DNA of 64,000 nucleotides from the human T2T-CHM13v2.0 reference genome, Homo sapiens, in NCBI RefSeq assembly GCF_009914755.1, contig NC_060936.1; one strand, given 5' to 3'. The notes beneath the pieces are model-generated. The model was not told the DNA's origin. It searched no databases and saw only the letters and a list, made by a program, of their open reading frames with translations. Position 1 is the stretch's first letter. Every line of letters begins with the position of its first letter. Positions 41,997 to 64,000 of this stretch are shown here, in pieces. The translations under genes were made by a program, and so were the position numbers.

Positions 41997-42925
41997 AGAA
42001 GTCACATAGGTGGTAAAGGATGATAACAAGATTCCAACTCATACACGCTTAGACTCTAAAACCCATTTACTTTACCACAGGTTAAGTATGCTTATCTACA
42101 AAGCGTAACAGGACCCAATAACTTGTGCTTGCTACAGGGGGAGGGGGCACCAGGGGAGATGATGAATGCGAATTTCTGGCTTTGGGAACTAACTCGGTCA
42201 TTGCTGTTGAAAAAGATTAAAGAAACATACAAAAGCTTTGAAATATACTAACCATAGAGTCAGTGGCAAATGGAAGTGAATTAACGACACTGGTTAGTGC
42301 CTGGGAAGGTTCAGTCCAGTGGGTGAGTCAGGGCAGCAAGGAGTCCACAGATGATGATAAAAACTGGGTCTATTATATTCCAATCATTTCATTAGGCTCT
42401 GCAGATACTAAAAGAAAGAATTGTATAAAAGCATTAATAGTTGACCCTCTACAGGTAAGAAGGGGCAAAATCATAAAATGTCTTGAGTGGCAGGCTTTAA
42501 AAAGTTGGTGTTTTGTTCTGAGGTTGACATATGAACATCTAGGGGAGAACATGGCGGGATGTAAATTTCAGAAAAATCAGCCTAGGTAACGGTTCAATTC
42601 AACAAATATACGTTAAGAATCTTCTGAGAGCCTGGGCCTGGGAGTGTGCCAGGCAGTGGAGATACAGTGATAAATGCTTGCTGAAGAGCGCTAAGGGACA
42701 ATGTCCAGAAAAAGAGCAGGCCTAACGGCATCTTTTTAGCAAGTTTCCTGGCAGTAAAGTGAAAAAGGATGAATGACAGCAACTTAGTTTACTTGCAGCT
42801 TCCTGTAAATTTAGTCATCTGAACAAGAGGGGACTGAACTGTTTCAAAACAGAAAGCAAGTAACTGATTTTTAATGACTTTCCAATATTTATGATAGTAC
42901 TAAGAACTTTTAAAAGTCTATTTCC

Positions 42926-43198
<273 letters not shown>

Positions 43199-43310
43199 AT
43201 TCTAAATTAAAGTAGCTTATAGATTAGCTGGGATTTCTCCCCACCCTCACCAGTCCCTGTAGATCCTTAAATTTTTGATTAGCCAAAACTTAAAATGGCT
43301 ATCAAAGAAC

Positions 43311-43837
43311 TGTCAAAGAAAATTGCCTCAGATCAGTTAAACAGTCAAGGAAGATGTTATTCAATGGTCTTGCAGTGGGAGTCAAGACTATTGGAGTGAT
43401 AAAGAGAGATTGAACTCAACTCCACTATAAGAGAAATGGGAGAGCTTTTAAGTGCTGGGATGAGCTAGCAGAAAAGTACTGGAGAATGTTAGTTTGAGGT
43501 TGATCATTTTGATCAGGCCATCTGTGTTTGATGATAGGTGTTTATTGAAGTTGGCTCCTGCATTCCCACAGAAACCGGAAGATAGGAGCCCTATCTTTCT
43601 TGATAATTATATTCCAAAGGCTTGGCTCCCAGATCCCTGAGAAAGACATTTCTTAGTTATAAAACTGACAAGAGGTTAGGAAAAGACTCACATTTCACAG
43701 GGACAGGGAAATCATTTACACTTGCAAGTTTTCTGAAGTAAGTGATTTAAGAAAAGGAAAGCAAGGAGCCTACAGTAAAAAAGAAACTTGTCGAAAGTTT
43801 ATTCTAGCTGAGAAGAACATTAAAGCCATCTTGCTGA
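43311..43837 (-). mobile_element. MER67-like ERV1 solo LTR
   Basis: Starts tgtcaaagaaaattg; antisense resemblance to recalled MER67 (tcccagatccctgagaaagacatt; ttgcaagttttct). Confidence 0.7.
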
Positions 43838-44000
43838 TTACTAGCAATGGTAATTCAAATTTTTTAGGTAACATGAAACAGTCTCATATTTAACCTGGTT
43901 AAGTTAGATGAAGAATTATTTTGATAGTTGGTGTGAAGCTGTAGAAAGTTCTGCCTGTGGCTCTCTAGTGGACCACATGTCAGGGAATGCTTTCTAATTT

Positions 44001-44104
44001 TTAGGTTGGTGAAAAAGCAATCACAGTTTTTGCCATAAAGTAATGGAGTTTTTCACTGCCATGAAGTAATGGCAAAAAGTGCGATTACTTTTTCATCAGC
44101 CAAA
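44001..44104. mobile_element. MADE1 MITE with an internally duplicated centre
   Basis: Both mariner-type TIRs present (ttaggttggtgaaaaag ... ctttttcatcagccaaa); ~104 bp rather than the usual ~80 bp. Confidence 0.8.
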
Positions 44105-44340
44105 TATTAATTCTGTGTACCCTTTTCCCACAAAATACGTATTAATACTTAGCCATGTATTTGGTGTCAGGGAAAGTTGCTACCAAAGGCAAACAGTTTT
44201 TTTCCCCCACCTTATTATTTTGACATAATGTAATCGTTCTTATGAATAGAATTATTGGGTCCAAAAAATAAGTAGATAGATCTAAGCTTAAAACATTTAA
44301 TTTTGAAAAATAAATCTCATAATGACATTTGTCCTAGGGA

Positions 44341-44708
44341 TTTCTAAAAAATAATAACCCAGGCACATTAAAATTTTAAAGATTTTATTTAAGCAAACAG
44401 GAATTCATGAATCGGGAAGCGCCAAAATGCAAGTTGTTCAGGGCTCCACCAAAAGTCCAAGGGGGGAAACTTTTACAAGGTATAAAGACAGACACCTAGA
44501 TAGACAGATAGAAGCAAGACAACGAAAATGATTGGTTAGAGAGAAGAATCTCGAGGTAGAGGTTAGTTAGATGTTATTGATTAGTTAAGCTTAAATTCTG
44601 CTTTCCTTGGCTTTGACCGTTCACCCTGAGTTGGGTTTTGGTTTACATAGGAACCCAACCGACTGAAACTGTTTCAGCCTAATGACTTCCAAATTAATTA
44701 TTTTAACA
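44341..44708 (-). mobile_element. MER93-like ERV1 solo LTR
   Basis: Minus strand begins TGTTAAAATAATTAATTTGGAAGTCATTAGGCTGAA, like the recalled MER93 start; minus-strand AATAAA near 44384. Confidence 0.65.
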
Positions 44709-45463
44709 GAATCTAATTTGTGACATTAAGGAGTTTCGCATTAACAGGTAATATGTTCTCTGTAAAATTATATCATTATATTGTGCTCTTGTAACAAATG
44801 AGACAAAAAAAACTTGCGTGAACACATTTTACAAAAATAAATGTAAACCCAGCAATATTTTATATGTTGACAGTCACTAGTTGATTTTGAAAGCATTTAA
44901 CATCACTAGTAATGTAAATGTAAAGAAACAATGTCTGTTTGTCAAAACTACAAGAAAATAGTAACAGAAAAATTTGTCTAAATTCATTTTTTTATAAGAA
45001 ATGTGAAAATTGATGATTTCTTCTCCTGCCTCCCTGTTAGGCATTGCAAACCTTCAGAGTTCCCAGTGAAAAGAATGTCTCTTATACTTTACGCTGAATT
45101 TATTCTAACATAGTTCATGAAGCAGAATGATAGAATTATTTCTTTACTTTCAGCTTATTTTTTTTTAATTCACACTAAAAGGCCTTACTTCAGGCAATGT
45201 TCTATATCTGCTGCTTAATCTTGTGTCCTCTCTTTGACTGTATATCCAGCTGTGTGTCTGTGTGTGCGCGCGCACAAGCAAGCTTGCATTATTATCTTAG
45301 ATTCTGGAGATCTCTACCAGCCATCTCTCCAGAATCCTGCCAGTACCCAGTGTGATAACGAACAGCTATTGATATAGGAAGAACATCATGTAGAGCATTT
45401 AAACTAGTGCCCTTTATTGCCAGAGAAACCATGGTAAAATGAAAGATCTGAAGGAAAAAATTC

Positions 45464-45480
45464 GCACACACACAGCCACA

Positions 45481-45524
<44 letters not shown>
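45464..45524. repeat. (CA)n microsatellite
   Basis: About 21 perfect CA units (45482-45524) after an interrupted lead-in. Confidence 0.95.
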
Positions 45525-45526
<2 letters not shown>

Positions 45527-47504
45527 CAGTCCTCAGGTACTAACTTCATACTTAATTCTTTGCAATAAAGTTACAAGTTATTGGCTTGTTTTTCTTTTGT
45601 TTTTGATCAAGAAACTAAGAATAATATAGCTTCTCTTGGCCATTAAGAAAGAATTAGATTTAAGGAACATTTTAGATCATCCCTAAAAGATCTCAAAAGG
45701 AAGTAAATTAAAACACTGAGGGAATTGATTAAAGAAAGGTTTCAGGAACCACAATATTCAGATTATGTTATGAATTGTTTTCATATACTTGTATTTTTAC
45801 TTATTTCATATCACTTTTCACCACTACTAAAAGTAAAATTTTCACTAATGCCAAAGTATTTTTATCATTTTATTGTGATGATAGATCTTCCTGGCTTATA
45901 GGAAAAATTTTAAGTGCTTAACAGATTTAAAAAAGATCCAAAAACATTTTCCCCCAAAAGTAGGTTACTTGATTTTGAGTTACATGAAATTTCCTTATAT
46001 AATTTTTATTGTAAAAAATACTTGAAAATGAAAATATAAGTTGTATCAACTTATAACACATTGACATTATTTTACAAATACTGTTGTCTCAAATTTAGAA
46101 TCAAATTTGGTAGTTGTAAAATAAATGTCCTATTAAAAATATTTGGCCTGCTAGTAAATGACTAGCTAACCTATATGGTACACAGGAGCATGATATTTTT
46201 AAAGTCTGTAATGGTTCCACTCAGTTTCTATATTTTGAACTTAATCAAACACCATTAATAAGTGATCACTGCCAAAATATATGACATTGATGTGATATTT
46301 TATCACATGCACAAAATTACTCTAAACAAAACAATGTATTTTCAAATCATAATAGAGTTAAGAAATTGTCCTGATTATTTTAATTTCATCTACTGCTGGT
46401 GAAATGTAACATTGATATGATTAGTTTTTAAATTTTGGTCATGATTTTTTTATATTTATTGACCCAATAATTTCATCCTTGGAATAATTTTCAGGAAAAA
46501 TCCTGCCAAAAAATAAAATAAAGTGGACATACGGAAAGTGGTCAATGCCTTCTTACATATAATGGGAAGGAGGAAAAAGAAATAGAAATTATGAGTGACT
46601 TAGGGGAATGAATAAGTAGGGAACAACAATCTACTCGGATAATATGCATCCTTTCAAAATTTTAATTACTAAGAATGTATGAATTTGAGAAAATTATTTC
46701 AGAAAGAATACTATTCTGTTAATTGTAATTTCAAGGATCTGTCTTCCATTATAGGCCTTGCTAAATAAGAAAAATACATGTGGAAATTTTTTTTCTTCTT
46801 TTTTGTTTTGCTTATTTGTTAATAATACACATAGATAAAACTTATTTTTAAAATAATGTATATGCCTAGGCCTCATCCCTAGAAGCCCTTAATTTCAAAA
46901 GTTAAAGGTTGCATACAAGGATCTGTATTTTTAAACAGCAGCAACATTTTTTTTAACATAGAGCTGGGATTAGAGACCAATACATTAGATGGAGTTTTTC
47001 AATGCAGAGATTCATCATTCAACTGTTTAAGTGTGCTTCTATCGGGTTGAAAATAGTTACAGCACAGTCTGTGAGCAAAGAATAAAGTAAGATTATAAAG
47101 GTAGATGGAGACAAAATTGAAGCATGGATTATGTGATGTTAAATACACAGACACACACACACACACACAAGTTAATAAAATAAAACGAGACTACAAAAGG
47201 GAAAAAGGCAAATTGACGAATTGAAAACATTTGGTTTGTAAAGTGGAAAATTACTGAATTATAGTTAATTTTTTCCCTTTTATTAATTTTTATGAGAGCT
47301 TTTACTATTTTGTGGGAAAAAATCTTATTTGTTTTAAAGAGAAAGAATCTTCTGTGGATAATGAACCAACATATTTATATCTTCAACTGAAGTGACAAAT
47401 TTATAAATAACTCATGTGTGGTGTATACGACCCACACTTGAGAAGATAAATTAGAGAACTGCAGTTTCATTAACTGTTTAAGAGAATCAAATAAAAAACA
47501 TGAG

Positions 47505-47628
47505 TATTAACTAAACCGACTGTTACCATATGATCCAGAAATTGTGCTCCTTGTTATTTACCCAAATAAGTTGAAATTTTATTTCCACACAGAAACCTGA
47601 ACACAGATGTTTATAGCAGTAAGATGTC
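47505..47628 (+). mobile_element. L1MC-like 3' fragment, left part (split by ERV-L)
   Basis: ttaccatatgatccagaaattgtgctcc...cagatgtttatagcag is L1 ORF2-end sequence; continues at 54525. Confidence 0.75.
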
Positions 47629-48199
47629 TGTGATAGCTAATTTTATGTGTCAACTTGTCAACTTGCCTGGATGCCCAGATATCTGGTTAAATAATATTGC
47701 TAGGTAAGTCTCTGAGGGTGTTTCCAGAAGACAGTAGCATTTGAATTAATAGACTAAACAAAGTAAGTTGCCTTCTCCAATGTGAGCGAGTATCATCCAA
47801 TTTTTTGTGGGCCTAAAAAGACAAAAGTGATGAAAGAAATGAGAATTCACTCTCTCTTCTTGACTTTTTGATCTGGAACATTGATCTTCTGTGGCCTTTA
47901 ACTGGGTCTTATATAATCAGCACTCCTGGCTCTCAAGACTTTAGACTCAGAAACTCAGACTAAAACTAGTCTACTGGCTTTTCTGGGTCTCTGGCATACA
48001 AACATGACATTTCTCAGCCTTTTATAACCATGTGAGCAACTTTCTTATAATAAATCTATATATATATATATAATATCCTATTGGTTCTGTTTCTCTGGAA
48101 AACCTTGACTAATGTAGACTCTATTACTGAAGGTGGTTCTAGAGGAACAGAATTTTAAGAATAAGTTTTGTATATTGGTTCTGGGATTTTGGGAACTGA

Positions 48200-53570
<5,371 letters not shown>

Positions 53571-54524
53571 TATGTGGTCAATTTCAGAATTGTAATTGCC
53601 ATGAGTATTTGCTCCTTATTTTGTTATGTATACATTGTATGTATGTATATAAAAATCTTTGTTTTCTTTTCTCTCATTTCTTTATCATGCAACATGATAT
53701 ATTTTGACTTTATGTTGTAGTATTTAAGCACTATTAATTTTGTATCAGAATTTTTAAGTTATAGGATATTAAAGAGAAGAGTAATCATCACTCAAGGAAT
53801 TTATCGTCTCTTCTGGTTTAGTACACTTTTGGACAAAAACGCGATAGTTGTACTACATTAGGCAGAATTTTGACCTCATTCTTGTCTTTACTTGGAGATT
53901 ATGGTTTAAGGAGCTGCTTTTGAAGTGCCAAGAGTGCCAAGTTGACAAGGAATGGATTTGTGATGGTTAATTTTATGCATCAAGTTGACTAGGGCAGACA
54001 TCTAGTTAAACAATATTTCTGAGTGTGTCTCTGAGAGTGTTTCTGGAAGAAATTAGAATTTGAATCAATGGACTGAGTAAAGCAGATTGCCTTTCTTAAT
54101 GTGGGTGGGCAAGATCCAATCTGAGTGCCTGAATGGAACAAAAAAGTAGAGGAGGAAAGATTCCACTCTCTCTGCCTGGCTGTTTGATCTGGCATGTCAG
54201 TCTTCTTTTCTTGGACTGAGACTTACATAAGTACTACTTCCTCTCAGGCCTTTGGATTTGAATGGGAATTTACACCATCAGTTCTGATTCTCAGGCCTTC
54301 AAATTCAGACTGAAATTATACCACTTGTTGTCCCGGGTCCCTAGCTTGTGGATAGCAAATTATGATTATGGTACTTCTCAGCCTCCATAATCACATGAGC
54401 CAATCACTTATAATAAATCTCTTTATATAATTGTGTGTGGGGATGTGGGGATGTGGGGGGGTGGGGGGGTGGGTGTATTTTCATTCTATGAGTTCTTTTT
54501 CTCTGAAAAACCCTGATGAATACA

Positions 54525-55095
54525 ATATCCAGTAGGTGAATGGATAAGCTGTGGTATGTCCAGAGAATGCAATTATTATACAGTGCTAAAAATAAATGAG
54601 TTATCAAGTCATGAAAAGACATGGAAAAACCCTAAATGTGTATTACTAAGTAAATAAACCAATCTGAAAAAAAATACATACTGTACCATTCCAACTATAT
54701 GACATTCTGGAAAAGGCAAAACTATGGAGACAGTAAAAAGATCCCCCCCCCACCCCCGCTAAAATTAAGGGGAAGAAAGGATGAATTGGATTAACACAGA
54801 GGATTTTTAGGGTAAACTATTCTATATGATACTACAATGGTGGATGCATGTCATTATACATTTCTCAATACCCATAGAATGTAGAGTACCTATAGTGAAC
54901 TCTAACATAAACTATGGACTTTGGGTATTAATGATGAGTCAGTGTAGTTATAGGCTCTTCAATTGTAACAGATGCACCCCTGTAGAGTGAAATGTCCATA
55001 GTGGGGGAAGTTGTGCATGTACGGGGGCAGAGCTACATGAAAATCTGCTGAATTTTCCTGCGAGGCTAAAACTTCTTTAAAAAATAAAATATTTT
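54525..55095 (+). mobile_element. L1MC-like 3' UTR, right part
   Basis: cagtaggtgaatggataa...gacattctggaaaaggcaaaactatggagacagtaaaaagatc...aaaaataaaa. Confidence 0.82.
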
Positions 55096-56360
55096 TTAAA
55101 CAAATGAATGTTAGGTTATCTGGGATTCACAATGGTGGTGGCCACATCCTTTGACGATCTTAGTATTCAAATTGCATATTCAGTCGTTGGTCGCTTTGAC
55201 ATGATAGTGTGATAACAAAATCAATCTTGTAATATTAATTCTATCAAATTATTTTATTTTCAGAGAATAGTGAAACACATCATATCCTCTGAACAAAGTT
55301 TGGCGAAGAACAGGAAATTAGAAAATTTAAAATCAATATTAATGACACTGAGCTCACATTACAGAATATTAGCATATATCTATAGTTTAATAATGTTTGG
55401 GCATTTAAACAATTAATTAAATTTTGGCAGTGGAAATTGGATGGAAGAAAGAATTTTTTTCAGTAAGAAAAAAATTTAACTACATATTTTAATCATCTGA
55501 AACTTCCATGGATTTCAATAATTTAATAGATTCATTTAGCTCTAAATGTCTTCAAGCATGTCATAAATCCTCTGAAGTCTCTGCTTTGTAATGTAGCCTG
55601 TTAATATTCACTACAGCCTGACAATATTCATTGTCTAAGATAAGTTCACTTTTGCTATTCTATTAGTATGTCTAGTGATTTATTTCAAGGATAAAATGAA
55701 TGTCTTAACTTTTCATTCATGACTTTTTAATCCTGATTTTTAATCAAAATTTGATGGCAATTATTATCTATTACAATGCATTATTTCCTCTTCCTACACA
55801 TTTTTCCTTTTTACAGTAAATCCAACATCCTGACATCATTAAAAATATTTTAATAGTAATTATATTTGGACAGATTCCCTTTTCTGAGCTGTTTCTTAAT
55901 AGTCTCTTAAGAGTCAACATGGAACATTTTTAGGCACAGAAAAGATATAGAAAAGATTTTGCTTTGCTTAGTCAAAAGTGTTGAATTCTCCAGTATTTTT
56001 TTCTTTTATCTCACCCCTCTCCTACCCCTGGATGGTGACATAGAAGTTTATAGGGTAAACTTATATGTATTCCCACAATATAAATGGAAGGCCAACTATG
56101 TATGATGTGCTTCTGAAAGAGAGGCCTGTTACCCAAAGGTGAGACAGAAGCCATCTTTGATAGGGCATTTACAACTAGAGGCCCAGTAAATATTTAATCC
56201 ACAAAAAAGTATTACAGGGAACATTATCTGTGGCAAAAATGTAAATGAACAGTTCTGCCTCTCTCATCCTTAACTTTATCACCCGTAAAATGAAAACAAA
56301 ATTATCTGCCTCTAGGATTGCTGTAATGATTAACCTGGAAAACATAAATATAAATTCAGC

Positions 56361-56459
56361 CCTTCGGGAGGCTGAGGCAGGAGAATTATTTGAGGCCAGG
56401 AGTTCGAGGACAGCCTAGGTAACATAGCAAGACCCCCATCTCTATAGGAAAAAAGAAAA
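56361..56459 (+). mobile_element. Truncated Alu monomer (FLAM/AluJ-like) within a MIR remnant
   Basis: gggaggctgaggcaggagaattatttgaggccaggagttcgag plus short A tail; near-TSD aaattcagc/aatttcagc. Confidence 0.75.
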
Positions 56460-56734
56460 TTTCAGCACTAATCATAAATACTTTATAAATGTCAGATACC
56501 ATAATACTCAGTAATTTTTAAATCTCAGAATTATGAGAGAAATATAGGCAGGTGAAAGAAGAAGAATACACTGGCTATTTGCCTAACGCTTGAATGATAG
56601 ATAGTTAGAGCTGTGTATGTTTTTAAATCCTTTTATCCCAAATCCTTCATTGCATACAAGAGCCTGGTGTGATACCATAAAACATAAAAATAGTAAAGTC
56701 TGTTGAAAACTGCACCACAAAGAAAAGAGCCAAG

Positions 56735-60473
<3,739 letters not shown>

Positions 60474-63400
60474 CTTGGGTAAGAAAAGTAAAGGAAAAAA
60501 AAAGAAAATGAATGAAATATAAATTAAGTCATAATTTCAGTGAAATAAGTTTGAATTTGATTACATGATGTTTTCAGCTGATTTCCACCCCCGACCTTCC
60601 CACCCAGGAATTGAGAATAATTTGGTGTTAATTCATCTTTTCTTTCTATTATATCACACCTTGATCTTTTGTTCATGATAGCTACGAACTTACAAAATAA
60701 AAGATGCTCTCATAAACTTTAGTCTTATTCCTTAGCTACTTAAGCAACCCTATCAAGGTCACCTTTGGAAATATTTGCATATTTTAGTATTTTTTATTAC
60801 AAAATATTAGAGACAGTTAAACGAGGTGGAAAGCACCTAGTATAAATTTTGAAGTGAAATATCTTAAAGCAGGGCAACTATTGACTAAAAAAGTAGTCAT
60901 GCTACAAAGCTTTGGAGATGAATATTCTGACAGCTTCTTGAAAAATTGTTATAGAACAGGAAAATGAAATTCTTTTTTGGCAACCAAAATTGAGCAAGTA
61001 GATACAATTCTAGTGGACTACTTGCCTCCCTTACACTATATGACTTACTTTTTGGATTCTAATCAGACCTCAGTGTACTCGATGAGTGTGTGAGAAAAAA
61101 AAAATGGGTCCATTGTTTTTCTTTATGTACCTTTCAGCTATTCATCTTTAATTCAATCTTTTCATGGAACTTCCAGAGAAGAAGCCATGGATAGCTTTCC
61201 TCTTTTCATTGGAAGAGAAAAAGTGATGTATCTGATTATTTTATGTATGAGAGGCCAAGACAGACATAGGTATGGATCGCAGTAACAGCTCTCTTACGGG
61301 GTAAAGCTCTCTTATGAGGTGAAGCTGGACTGGATAAGAAAAGAAAACGATGAACATTCCCCTCCCCTCACAAAATGCACACACATTAACCTTCAGCAGA
61401 CTAGTTGCTTTCTTAGAAATTTTGTAGATAGAAATTTATGTCATCCATTAACTATGATAAATGTTCTCTAGCACATAGTCTCTGCTAATTAAATAATTAT
61501 CTGCCAATGTTTTGTTAGTATTCTGAGCTATAAAACATGAGAGGTGGTATATATTTCATTTTATGTTGGTGAATGATGGAATAGTGGGAGGATATCTGGA
61601 ATAATATTTAAGAATTGCAAGTAATTTGTCCCTAAATAGAAATTTTCACATGCACAGAGGGTTAGTTATTACTGCTCTTCTGAAAAGTGACTGAAAATAT
61701 AACTTTGGGAATTGTAGGAAAAAATTATCCTATGCCATCGAAGTTGACTGTATAACCTAAAAACGTAAACTAGACGATAAACATTGATTGGCTTCGATTA
61801 AAGGCGAAGTGGTGAATATGCATGAACTAAATGGGCTGTTAATAATTATACATCATCACACAGATTTACAACTCTGTTCTCTACAATCTCCTTGCTCCTA
61901 CAAGACCCCCAGAAAGATAAAATTCTCTTTGGCAGTTTTATAGTGTTCATGCCAGTAACATATAAAACTTGGTTGCCATTCTAAATGTTATCTTTCTGAA
62001 TTATAGTTTTACTATAAATATTCTATTCTGTTTATGGGTCCTATATTTCTAATGACTATAATTTCAGTGCCTATTTGAAAAGGCTTCCTTTCTAATTTAG
62101 TAACAAGTATTTATTAGTAAAACTATATATTATTCATGTACATATTTTTTCTTTATTCTACATGTTCATTTATGATTAGAAAATTTGATAAAATGTTGCT
62201 TAATCAAGGTTTTACTCGAATGGCTAAAAATATAATTCATGAGGGTAAACACTGTTGAACTTATTTTGAACTAACTTCTAGATATACAGCATTCATTTTA
62301 AATAATTCTTAAGAGCATGAGCTTATTTGTGGCAATACTGAAACTACCTACCCATGTGCTATTCACGAGCATGTTTTAGTTTATGCAATATGCTTTCTTA
62401 AAACAACAAACATGCATTCTAAGTATTGAGAGTTTACTCTTTTAGTGAATCCTTAAAGTTTTCTTAATATATGCCCAATTACGTTCATATTTTTAGCTAG
62501 AAAAATAATTCAGTGGGAATCCAGTAATTTATTTTCACTTACAGAGAGAATTTTTAAATATTAAAATCAAATCAGCAGATAGACCAACTTGAGGGATAAA
62601 TAAATGAAAGGATTATATAGAAAATAAATGAATAGAAATAACAGCAGAAATCTATAACCTACAAAAAGGGAAACAGGAGAAGAAATGAATAAATTTGTGA
62701 TAGATATGATAAGATAACCAACTGAAACGATTAAGTGAAGTTAGCCAGAAGTACTATCATGCTTAGTAGGAAAAAACATATAACTATAAACTACTTAAGC
62801 AAGAATGAAAAAGAGTTGATTATGATAAGAAATGACAAACAATAAAAAACTCATGAATAAATTTTCAATGATGTTCTCACTAATAAAAAGAATTTATATT
62901 TGTGAAATAAGATTGCATGTATAAATTTTCCATGCAAACTAAATATCTTATTAATTGCTTTGCTTGCAAAACTTTGCAATTTTATAGTAAAACTTTGTAT
63001 TTAGATAGTGCCTTATAATTTGCAAAGCTTTTTCTCATTCGTGATTTTCTTTGACAGTTTAAAACTCAAAACATTGTCTAACATAGAAGAAAAACATTCT
63101 AGAGTTCTTTAAACACATAATCTTAGTATAAATATTACATGTGATAATCTTATTGAATGCTGCTTAAAAATGTATGTAAATTTAACATGTATATACATTG
63201 CATATAGTGATTTAAGATATTCAATGCACTTGGAACAGCATGTTCTATATAAAATATTAGTTTGATATGATGATTATTATTTAACATGTACATATATTTT
63301 GCTCAAATACTATGATAGTGTATTCACTCTCTTCAAAATATATTTAAAGATTTTTCTAGCACATATTTAATGTAAAACAGTAAACAACCAAATAAATCTA

Positions 63401-64000
63401 TTGAGAGGATTGAAATACATTTTGGTGCAAGAAATAGATGCAAACAATGGAAGTAATTGGAATGGAGAGGTATTTAAAATATTACTCATGAAAGGAACAA
63501 GAGTCTTTTGTCTTCTCTTTTAAGTCTCAAAGGCATAGAAGCAGAGAAGAAAAATCTAAAGTGACCAAAAGAAATGAAGAGAAGTACAACATGGGCAATA
63601 AAATATTTCAAAGAAAAAGAGATTCACAAAATAAATATTTGAACCTTAAAATGGTAAATAATTCAATAGGGAGAAACTCCAATGAATAACAACTAAGCAC
63701 GGTATTATTTAAATGCAGTTGTGCTAATATGAAAGTTTTAAAGTGGATTTTTATTCAAATTCAGTCAATTACCATAAGACATTATTATAGTTATTTCCCT
63801 ATTCTGTCAACAAACAGAGGAAAAATAACTGTGGCAATAAAGCAACTGGAATTGTCAAAGTAGAAGCTAATAATAAAGCATACCACTTTTGACAAAAGTG
63901 GGTTATAATAGTCACGAGACTATTTTTAAAGGGGAGGAAAAGATCCCAATTGTCCTAAGGTTGTAAAGTTTACCAAAAGGGAATAAAAAACCTTTTAGGG

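Noticed and set aside
61125-61215. Possible upstream minus-strand exon ending GAAAG|GTACAT
   Set aside because: Weak splice sites and stops in all three frames; cannot be supported without RNA data

Overview
This is AT-rich, CpG-poor primate genomic DNA (AluY and L1PA3/4-like elements point to a catarrhine, probably hominoid), mostly intergenic and dominated by transposon relics. It contains no prokaryotic-type genes, RNA genes or CRISPR array. Main content, in order: a MER52-type solo LTR (1396-2913); two L1PA 3' fragments facing tail-to-tail (12829-14016 +, 18002-20777 -); an internally deleted HERV-L/MLT2A1 provirus (29099-37824) with a complete antisense MER61-type ERV1 provirus nested in it (32491-37300); and an older, near full-length ERV-L provirus (47629-54524) inserted in an L1MC and carrying a tailless Alu. 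A repeat-free block at about 56.7-60.5 kb looks like the terminal exon/3' UTR of an unidentified minus-strand gene. I found no convincing new biological system. The best leads are shared non-consensus variants between the inverted L1s, the head-to-head MER61/MLT2A1 LTRs, a templated-inversion scar in an L2 tail, and the candidate terminal exon. Repeat family names come from my recall of consensus sequences, not from a database search.
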